A model generated the notes under the pieces. That model searched no databases and was not told the origin of the DNA. It was given only the letters and a program-made list of their open reading frames with translations. Shown here piece after piece: positions 9,468-17,137 of a stretch of DNA of 64,000 nt. The DNA comes from a virus: IMG/VR virus record IMGVR_UViG_3300029915_000016, positions 18,613-82,612 of that record, one strand, 5' to 3'. Positions within the stretch are counted from its first letter, which is position 1; each line of letters opens with the position of its first letter. A program made the translations under genes and the position numbers.

Positions 9468-10523
9468 ATGTCTAATAACCCAACATCAATGAGATTTCCT
9501 TTTGAGAGCCAAATCTCTGGTTTACCTCCAGAGGTTCAGCAGGTTCACAGAAACTCATGGAATGCTATTGTTGACATTCAAAATGCAGTCAAGGCTCTAC
9601 ATGCCAGCACAAGTTCAAACGCTACGACTATAAATAAAGTCACTCAGACTATTAACTCATCAAACGCATCGACGGCTGGAGTATCGTCATTCAACTCTCA
9701 GACTGGTAACGTTACATATTTTCCTTTCCTTGGAGGGGTCAACACAGAGACGGCATCGTATGTGACTCAGACCAGCGACAACGGGATTCTTATTTTGGTT
9801 AACTCGTCTTCTCCGGTAGTAGTCACGTTGAACTCTGCCATCTCAAATCCCTATTTCTTCTTCGTCGAAAATCAGGGGACGGCTACGGCGACACTGAATC
9901 CATCTACGGGGCTAATAAACGGATCGGCTTCGTTTGCTCTATTGCCGGGATACTTCACGATTACGTTCTTTGACGGGAATAACTGGCAAGCAATGAGTCT
10001 TCCTATTGTCCCGGTAAACACCCCTTCAGTGGTTCATGAATGGCTAAATTCATACAATTCGATGACAGGGGCATTCACGGCAACTCAGCCTTCCTTTAGC
10101 GATATATCCGGCACTGCCGCACCGTCTCAGTTGCCAAATCCAACCACGACCACGCTAGGAGGTGTAGAGGCGGTTAACGCGGTAACGCATCAATGGGTAG
10201 ACTCGATCAGCAATACCGGGGTTCCGCATTTAAGCCAACCGGCATACGGGGATGTTTCAGGAGCACCTTTAGCGTACCTGAGCGGAAACACGGCAAGCAT
10301 GGGTGGCTCTCCAATGACGGTAGGGCAGACGATCACGGCTACGGCGACGGTCACAGGGGCCACGACGACGATGGTAGCGGTGTGCAGCCCCCAAACCAAT
10401 CCGGGGGCAGGATTCTGCTTCGATTCATTCGTATCGTCGGCGAATACGGTAACAGTTAGATTGACGTGCGTACTGGCTGGAACACCAACGGCCAGTCTGT
10501 ACTCAGTCCGAGTAATTCAATAA
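9468..10523 (+). CDS. Tail fibre/virion protein
   Basis: GVSSFNSQTGNV repeat; T/S-rich; duplicated QPSFSDISG/QPAYGDVSG. Confidence 0.6.
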   Translation: MSNNPTSMRFPFESQISGLPPEVQQVHRNSWNAIVDIQNAVKALHASTSSNATTINKVTQTINSSNASTAGVSSFNSQTGNVTYFPFLGGVNTETASYVTQTSDNGILILVNSSSPVVVTLNSAISNPYFFFVENQGTATATLNPSTGLINGSASFALLPGYFTITFFDGNNWQAMSLPIVPVNTPSVVHEWLNSYNSMTGAFTATQPSFSDISGTAAPSQLPNPTTTTLGGVEAVNAVTHQWVDSISNTGVPHLSQPAYGDVSGAPLAYLSGNTASMGGSPMTVGQTITATATVTGATTTMVAVCSPQTNPGAGFCFDSFVSSANTVTVRLTCVLAGTPTASLYSVRVIQ

Positions 10524-10524
10524 T

Positions 10525-11280
10525 TTATAGACCGAATAGCGATCCCTGCCCGTCATCTTGTTCATCTTTGCTGCTGTACTTGTTGAGGTAGAATTTTGCT
10601 TGTTTAACCCACTCGCCCAACTCTAGAACACCAAGACGAGTATTACATTTAGTGCATAGTAGGCCGCGACGGCACTTTTCGCAGCCACGACCAGTAGGAC
10701 AGCATTTATGATTATGGTCGATAGACATACGTTTCCTTCCGCTCTCTTTATCGGGAATTCCGCATATAGCGCAATTTCCATTCTGATCTAAATACGTCTT
10801 CTCGTACCACTCCCTAGTTACGCCGTAATACGTAAAATTCTTGGTTTTTGATTTGTCTTGACAATACCCCTTATTAGCATCTCTCCACTCTTTATTTTTC
10901 CTCCTGTTTAATTCTGGTGGACGAGGCTGTTTTGCCCATTTTGCTTTATATATGGCAGATGTGCAAGTTTTGCATATATTGCTTTTCCCGTACAGACAAG
11001 AGTCGTGTTTATAGAAATCATCTAGAAATTTTTGAGTATTACATAAAAAACAGGTTTTCTTCTTTTCTGTAGAAAAATCAAGTGCGTGTTTTTCTTTGAG
11101 TTTCTCAGCGTATATCTTCGCACAACTTTTACACCTATAGCAAAGCCCGTCATGCCTATTAGTATCTTTACCGAAATTTGTTAAAGGCTGAGGAGTCTTA
11201 CAAGTTGAGCACATTTTTATTTGTGAATCCATTTGCAATACAGGTTGTTCTGGGTATAATGTGGCAGATGGAAGGGTCAT
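10525..11280 (-). CDS. Endonuclease VII-family (homing-type) nuclease with Zn fingers
   Basis: CAICG...IDHNH...RGLLCTKCN motif; inverted within structural module. Confidence 0.85.
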   Translation of the reverse strand: MTLPSATLYPEQPVLQMDSQIKMCSTCKTPQPLTNFGKDTNRHDGLCYRCKSCAKIYAEKLKEKHALDFSTEKKKTCFLCNTQKFLDDFYKHDSCLYGKSNICKTCTSAIYKAKWAKQPRPPELNRRKNKEWRDANKGYCQDKSKTKNFTYYGVTREWYEKTYLDQNGNCAICGIPDKESGRKRMSIDHNHKCCPTGRGCEKCRRGLLCTKCNTRLGVLELGEWVKQAKFYLNKYSSKDEQDDGQGSLFGL

Positions 11281-11425
11281 ATTCGCTCTCCTTAGCGATA
11301 GGATTCGTCCGGGGTGGCAACCCTTGACCCTTCTAGTGTATACTATTTCAAGGAATTGTGCTTATCCGGGAGTGGGCGCGATTCAAGAGAATACAGGAAA
11401 ACTTTGTCTCTCTTGGAGGTGTGAT

Positions 11426-11929
11426 TTGAGTTGGTTAACTTCTATGTGGGGGAACGACAAAACAGCGACAAAAGCTAGTGATTCTCTCCTTAACAATGGC
11501 AGTTGGGCTACCGGACAAGGACAGTCTGACGTTGGGAAAGCGTCGAATTTCTTTAGTTCTATATTAAGCGGTGATCCATCCAAAATAAGTCAGACTCTAT
11601 CGCCAGAAATAGGCGCGGCGAAAACATCTGCGCAGCAGGAGAATAAAACTAAGGCCGAGTTTGGTTCTCGTAGCGGTGGTACAGCAGCTTCAGCGGCAAT
11701 GACGGATGATAAACTCCATTCAGATATTGCGGGATGGACTGCCGCTTTGACTGGTCAAGCAGCAGAAACTTTAGGCTCAATGGGATCAAATCTTCTTCAA
11801 ACGGGTACTTCCGCAACGACATCAGGGGCGCAGATAGACCTTGCGAATAAACCATTCTGGCAACAGTTGCTTACATCTGTTGGTGAGGGTGCCGGAAAAG
11901 CTGCTGGTTCTGCGATGGCCGGAGGATAA
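11426..11929 (+). CDS. Putative ejection/pilot protein
   Basis: RBS GGAGGT before TTG 11426; G/S/A-rich. Confidence 0.5.
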   Translation: MSWLTSMWGNDKTATKASDSLLNNGSWATGQGQSDVGKASNFFSSILSGDPSKISQTLSPEIGAAKTSAQQENKTKAEFGSRSGGTAASAAMTDDKLHSDIAGWTAALTGQAAETLGSMGSNLLQTGTSATTSGAQIDLANKPFWQQLLTSVGEGAGKAAGSAMAGG

Positions 11930-11931
11930 AA

Positions 11932-13701
11932 ATGGCGCAAAATGCAGGAGGAGGACTTCTCGGCGGCTTATTGTTGGGGGTTGGAGAAGGGTATTTAGGA
12001 AGAAAAGAAGAGCAACATGCCCGTAAGCAGGGGATGAAGGCGCAAGAGTTTCAGGATAAGCATGATGAAATTCAAGGACAGATTGCCAACCTACAAACTA
12101 AACTTGCGTCAGTTCCCGAAGAGTCTAGGAATACTCCAGATTACCTAAAACTTCAAGACCAACTAGCCCAAGCCACTCAATCCCGTAACGAGCATTGGAA
12201 AAGCCTCGATCATCCTAACGCGATAATGAAGTTTGGGAAGATGCTTGGGAGAGACTTGAAGTTTGGGAATAAGAAGGATGATACGACTGTAGCTCCACCC
12301 GTTTACGGCCAGCCCACGATGGATATAGATGGGGAGAAAGTCCCGACAGGACCAGCGTACAAGGTTCAAGGACCACAGACTCCAGAACAAGTAAAAGCAC
12401 AGACTGAAGCGGGAAAGATGATTTCCGCTTTGCCTTTATCACCTGAGAGGCAAGCATTACAGGGAGTACAGACGGATGCATCTACAAAACTTGCATCGTT
12501 CAATGCATCGGTAAAGAACTTTCAAGCGATGAATCCTGATGCGACTCCTGAAGAGATTCAGTCATTCAGGAACGATCAAATCCAAAAGATGTACGTCATG
12601 ACCACGGCTGGAAATTGGGCGAATGTGAAGGGAAAGATGAATGGGCAGGATGTCACCCTTCTCTTTGACAAGAAGACTCATCAGTATCGTCTGCAAAACG
12701 GTGAGGCTGTACCTCAAGACATGCTTGCAACGTTTGTTCCTGAAACAAACACCACGGAATCGACTAGGACTCGTGCCGACTTCGCAGAGTATCAGAAACA
12801 GCATCCTGAATATAAGGGGACGTTTGAACAATGGAAGAATGAGCAGGCTGGAATAGGCAGAAATACGGCGGCTGCATCTAAACCTGAATCGTTTGACAAG
12901 CAGTACCAAGCTGTTCTTCTTAAAGAGGCGTCTGGTCAACCTCTTACCCCGGATGAGATTGCGCGTAAGGCCGCATGGCAGATTTGGAACAAGGAAACAA
13001 AAATCGATCCGGGTGTGGCGAGAATGGCAGCAGCAGGAGCCAATCGTTATATTATGGTCTACAATCCTGCCGATCCTGAAAACGTTATTCCTATGCGTGC
13101 TGGAGATGCTGCTAAAGCAGGATTTAGATCACCGCAGAGTATCGCATTCCAAACAGACAAGGCCATTACGCGTTACATGGTTGCTGGTCAAGGCGCGGTT
13201 AATATCAACTACTTCAATACTGCCACAGACCACTTGGAAATTCTTCGTCAAGCTGGAGAAGCGTTGAATAATGGGGATTACCCACTGTTCAATAAATACG
13301 CTAACAGCTTTGCAACTGCGACAGGAGCGCCTGCACCGACTAATTTTGATGCGGTAAAGAGCGCCGTGGCTGGTGAGTTGTCGAAGACGTTTAAGGGCAC
13401 AGGAGCAACAGATCAAGAAATCGCAGAGATCAACCAGACTATCAATAATGCTCAATCTCCACAGCAGATTCAAGGTGCAATTGAGTATTACACGAAACTG
13501 ATGGGAAGCAAGTTGAATGCATTGAAGGGGCAGTATGATGCTGGAAAGAGCGGAAGGCCAAACTTCCCCGGCGCATCTACTACGCCGCAAAGTGGAGGTG
13601 CAGGAGCAAAGCACAAGATCAAGATTGGGAACAAGTTTTACACCTACAACGGAACAGGAGACACGTCGGATATTAAGAGCTATACTGAGGTGCCAAAATA
13701 A
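11932..13701 (+). CDS. Putative ejection/internal virion protein
   Basis: Gly-rich N-terminus, coiled coil, helical body; follows tail genes. Confidence 0.55.
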   Translation: MAQNAGGGLLGGLLLGVGEGYLGRKEEQHARKQGMKAQEFQDKHDEIQGQIANLQTKLASVPEESRNTPDYLKLQDQLAQATQSRNEHWKSLDHPNAIMKFGKMLGRDLKFGNKKDDTTVAPPVYGQPTMDIDGEKVPTGPAYKVQGPQTPEQVKAQTEAGKMISALPLSPERQALQGVQTDASTKLASFNASVKNFQAMNPDATPEEIQSFRNDQIQKMYVMTTAGNWANVKGKMNGQDVTLLFDKKTHQYRLQNGEAVPQDMLATFVPETNTTESTRTRADFAEYQKQHPEYKGTFEQWKNEQAGIGRNTAAASKPESFDKQYQAVLLKEASGQPLTPDEIARKAAWQIWNKETKIDPGVARMAAAGANRYIMVYNPADPENVIPMRAGDAAKAGFRSPQSIAFQTDKAITRYMVAGQGAVNINYFNTATDHLEILRQAGEALNNGDYPLFNKYANSFATATGAPAPTNFDAVKSAVAGELSKTFKGTGATDQEIAEINQTINNAQSPQQIQGAIEYYTKLMGSKLNALKGQYDAGKSGRPNFPGASTTPQSGGAGAKHKIKIGNKFYTYNGTGDTSDIKSYTEVPK

Positions 13702-16124
13702 TGGCTCCCAAAAAGATGAAACTCCCTCCCGGTGCTGAGTTGGTCGATGATTCTTCGTCTATGAAGTTACCTGCTGGAGCGGAATTAGTTACAGACGAAG
13801 ATAGCTCTCAAACTCCCACCGAAGACACCACCGAGTTCGCATTCAAGCCGGGTGACCAACACGGAAAATACAGGATGAAGAGTCCTTCCGGTAAGGATAT
13901 TGACGTTGGTTACGAGAACGTGATGAATGCTTCCAAAAAAGGATACAAAATTCATCCAGACGACAGGGAAGTTTACGCAAATGATTATGTAGCAGATTTA
14001 CAGAAAAAAGCGAAAACAAGTGGACGCAAAGGATCGGAGTTTATCAATAAGCCGGTTGCCCAGCACATGCTTAACCCGGATACCGATCTACCACAATCAT
14101 ACGACGTGGTGAAGGCTGGACCTGAGAAGTGGAGTTTGGATTGGGTTAAGCAGAAAGCGAACAATTTAACGAGCCCACACGCGATATTGGACCAGCTTCC
14201 TACCGCTGGTAGCATCGCTGGTGGTGCTGCTGGCGCTACTGCTGGCGCTACGACTAGCCCGATAACTGGACCAGTTGGACCAATCGTCGGAAGGGTAGCA
14301 GGAGCGGGGGTAGGGGCAGGAGTGGGAGAGTCTGCTAGGCAGAAATTGGAGACAGTTGTATACCCATACGAGCATAGGCCAAGCGCGGAGGAGAATAAGA
14401 GACGGATTGCGATAGAGGCTGGTATGGGAGCAGCAGCGGAGGGTGCTGGATTAGGAGGGTCTAAAAGTATTGGTATCGCTGTTAAACCTCTACAGGAAAC
14501 CGCTCTTGCATCTGAAAAAGCAGGGGTTAATTTATTGCCATCAGAGGCGGCAGGAAAAGCACCTAGTTTCGTTGAGAGATTTATGAAAGGCTCCGTTCTT
14601 ACAAGCGGAAAGATGGAAAAGTTTCGTCAAACTCAAAACGCTGAGACGAAAGCGGTAGTAGAGAAAGTGGCAAATGATATATCAAAATTCAATGGAACCC
14701 CTGAAGAACTTGGTAATTTAGTTCAAGATGGAATTGAAAATCACAAAAAAGGTTTCCGCGTAATCCAGAATCAGATGTACGACGACATCGCCACAGATGT
14801 AAACGAGAGAACTATCAAGGTTCCGGTACAAACTCAGGTTCAATCGAAGGTATTGGATGCCCACGGCAAGCCAGTGATGACCACGGTTACAAAATTGGAA
14901 GATAGAGTTGTCGATGACGTTATGCCTTCCATGAAATCGTTGAAGGATTATGCGAAAGAAAAAATGGCAGATTTAGAACTAAAAAAAGACTTACTACCTA
15001 AGAAAGACCTAGAAGATTCCGAAGAATTGTTTAAGAAAATAATCAATTCTCCAGACAATGTACCGTTTAGAGTTGTAAAGGATATACGTAGTGATTATTT
15101 GGAAATATCCAGAAAACTAGACGAAGCATTGTCTACAAAGGCTGGAGGATTTGCGAAACACATGTCTGGTCTCTTCGATGAGTCCATGATGGATGCTGCT
15201 GAGAAAAGTGGGATACAAGGACTGCCAGAGAAGATTCGTGCGGCCAACGCTTTCACTGCGAACGAACACAAGATGTTTGAGCAGGCTCTCGTTGAGAAGA
15301 TAGTCAAGACGAAGAAGCCAGAAGCTATTGCTACGTTAATTCGTAATCCGAATATAGGGAATCAAGAGACACGTGATCTATTCGCAGTCCTTCCAAAACA
15401 ACTACATCAACCTGTCCAACGACAGATCATTATGGACACCATGCGGCAGTCTGTAAACTTAAACACCAAAGCGTTCAACGAGCGCAGGTTTGCAGAAACC
15501 ATAGCTAAAATAGGAGACGAAAGAGGACAGATAATATTTGGACCTAACTGGAAGAATGTAAAAGAGCTAACTGGAATTATGGAGAGGATCAACGGCCCTG
15601 TAGGAATAGGAGCCAGCGGTGGAGCATCGTTGCAGAACTTTGCGCTACTCAAGAATGCTATGTTGCTGGCAATTCCGGGAGGAGAGGCAGCAAGAGGACA
15701 GTATGGAAGTGCGGCGGCATCTCTAGTAGGAGAATGGGCGTCACTTAACTTATTAGCGTCAGCGATGACTCATCCTGCAACGGCTGTAAAGATGTTGAAA
15801 GTAGCTCAAGGGTTCGCTCGCACTCTACCCTACGCAGGGTATGTTCTAGGAAACGTAGGTCGTGGTGAGGAAATAGGAAAGGGAGAGACTCCAGACGAGA
15901 GACGGTTGGATGCAGTTAAACAGAAAGCGAAGGACTTGCAAGATAAGATGAGTCCTACGCCTGCCCCTGTCGCTCAACCTGCCGTGCAGCCAGTCGTTCC
16001 AGCACCCGTAGCCGTGCCTCAAATGCTGTACGATGAGGATGGTAATCCTGTTGGTCCACAATCTTCTAATCAAGGACACACGCATATATGGGACGCAAAG
16101 ACACAATCCATAGTGCCTGTATAA
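13701..16124 (+). CDS. Putative ejection/internal virion protein
   Basis: Duplicated MKLP.GAELV; Gly-zipper membrane segments. Confidence 0.55.
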   Translation: MAPKKMKLPPGAELVDDSSSMKLPAGAELVTDEDSSQTPTEDTTEFAFKPGDQHGKYRMKSPSGKDIDVGYENVMNASKKGYKIHPDDREVYANDYVADLQKKAKTSGRKGSEFINKPVAQHMLNPDTDLPQSYDVVKAGPEKWSLDWVKQKANNLTSPHAILDQLPTAGSIAGGAAGATAGATTSPITGPVGPIVGRVAGAGVGAGVGESARQKLETVVYPYEHRPSAEENKRRIAIEAGMGAAAEGAGLGGSKSIGIAVKPLQETALASEKAGVNLLPSEAAGKAPSFVERFMKGSVLTSGKMEKFRQTQNAETKAVVEKVANDISKFNGTPEELGNLVQDGIENHKKGFRVIQNQMYDDIATDVNERTIKVPVQTQVQSKVLDAHGKPVMTTVTKLEDRVVDDVMPSMKSLKDYAKEKMADLELKKDLLPKKDLEDSEELFKKIINSPDNVPFRVVKDIRSDYLEISRKLDEALSTKAGGFAKHMSGLFDESMMDAAEKSGIQGLPEKIRAANAFTANEHKMFEQALVEKIVKTKKPEAIATLIRNPNIGNQETRDLFAVLPKQLHQPVQRQIIMDTMRQSVNLNTKAFNERRFAETIAKIGDERGQIIFGPNWKNVKELTGIMERINGPVGIGASGGASLQNFALLKNAMLLAIPGGEAARGQYGSAAASLVGEWASLNLLASAMTHPATAVKMLKVAQGFARTLPYAGYVLGNVGRGEEIGKGETPDERRLDAVKQKAKDLQDKMSPTPAPVAQPAVQPVVPAPVAVPQMLYDEDGNPVGPQSSNQGHTHIWDAKTQSIVPV

Positions 16125-16142
16125 AATATTTCTTGTTAACTC

Positions 16143-16170
16143 TTGACAATAGTAACCATAGGTATATACT
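16143..16170 (+). promoter_or_regulatory. Sigma70-type promoter of the Zn-finger/RAMP/array cassette
   Basis: TTGACA-N16-TATACT; ATG 6 nt after the -10. Confidence 0.7.
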
Positions 16171-16176
16171 TAAAGT

Positions 16177-16320
16177 ATGCCACAGCGAATAGAAAAAAGG
16201 ACAATCTGGGTCTGTAGCCGGTGCAAGCACGAATGGGAGAGCAAAGACGGGCAGAAGCCTGTATGCTGCGCCAAGTGCAAATCTCCGTATTGGGACAGAG
16301 AACCTAAATCTGACCGCTAA
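16177..16320 (+). CDS. Small C4 Zn-finger protein, 47 aa, probably leaderless (not in ORF track)
   Basis: MPQRIEKRTIWVCSRCKHEW...CAKCKSPYW. Confidence 0.7.
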   Translation: MPQRIEKRTIWVCSRCKHEWESKDGQKPVCCAKCKSPYWDREPKSDR

Positions 16321-16343
16321 TCCAATGGCATACGAGGCAGTAA

Positions 16344-16964
16344 ATGGATGCGAAAGTAACCGCTTTGAGTGGTGTGTCTAACGATGCGCAGTTGGACATT
16401 GAAATTCAAACCCCATACATGGTTGAGGCGACAATCGAAGGAACGGCACCGATTCTATTTCATCGCTGGTCGTGTGATGCAGTTGAGGAAAAGTCGAAGG
16501 CGGCAAAAGGTTCAGCGGCCAAGAAGACAGATAATGTTGAGTCATACTTATACAGGGACGAAAAAGGAGAAGTGTCGATTCCAGCAGAATACTTCCGGCA
16601 ATCTGTTATTTCTGCCGCTAAGTTCAAGCAAGATCCTCGCTCCCCGCGCAAGTCGGCTATGGACTTATTTAAGGCTGGAATTGCAACACTCGGAGAACTC
16701 TGCTCTTTCGGGTTAAAAGAACCTGATTATATGGATCGTCGCAGGGTGGTAATTCAACGAAGTGCAATCACTCGTGTTCGGCCTGCGATGGCGATAGGAT
16801 GGAAATGCACTGTTGGTTTCCAGATTCTTCTTCCCGAATACATCAATCCTGCGCTGATGAATGATACTCTTCAATACGCTGGACGGATTGTAGGAGTAGG
16901 GGATTTTCGCCCGTCATTTGGTCGCTATCAAGTGACAGGATTTAACGTGATAAGATTAAATTAG
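16344..16964 (+). CDS. Stand-alone RAMP (Cas7/Csm3-like) protein; candidate VIPR-type effector
   Basis: IEGTAPILFH strand, IPAEYFRQSV helix and C-terminal Gly-rich loop GVGDFRPSFGRY; no other cas genes; pentamer array follows the stop. Confidence 0.75.
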   Translation: MDAKVTALSGVSNDAQLDIEIQTPYMVEATIEGTAPILFHRWSCDAVEEKSKAAKGSAAKKTDNVESYLYRDEKGEVSIPAEYFRQSVISAAKFKQDPRSPRKSAMDLFKAGIATLGELCSFGLKEPDYMDRRRVVIQRSAITRVRPAMAIGWKCTVGFQILLPEYINPALMNDTLQYAGRIVGVGDFRPSFGRYQVTGFNVIRLN

Positions 16965-16965
16965 C

Positions 16966-17090
16966 ATGGCTTGGCTTGGTTCGGCGGGGCATGGCTCGGT
17001 CTGGTGGGCTAAGGCGAGGCAAGGCATGGCCCGGTAAGGTCCGGCTCGGCACGGCTTGGAACGGCAAGGCGTGGTAAGGCATGGTAGAGC
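16966..17090 (+). ncRNA. NN-GGY pentamer array, 25 units; candidate guide RNA
   Basis: Strict 5-nt period; 22 of 25 units end in GGC/GGT; variable dinucleotides. Confidence 0.8.
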
Positions 17091-17117
17091 GGCGAACTTA
17101 GGTTCGCCGTTTCTTTT
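17089..17117 (+). terminator. Intrinsic terminator closing the array
   Basis: GCGGCGAAC-TTAG-GTTCGCCGT + TTCTTTT. Confidence 0.8.
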
Positions 17118-17137
17118 ATTTGAGGTATAATCTCGGT

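Noticed and set aside
16966-17090. CRISPR array or simple microsatellite
   Set aside because: The constant part is only 3 nt with 2-nt variable parts; not repeat-spacer architecture and not clonal slippage.
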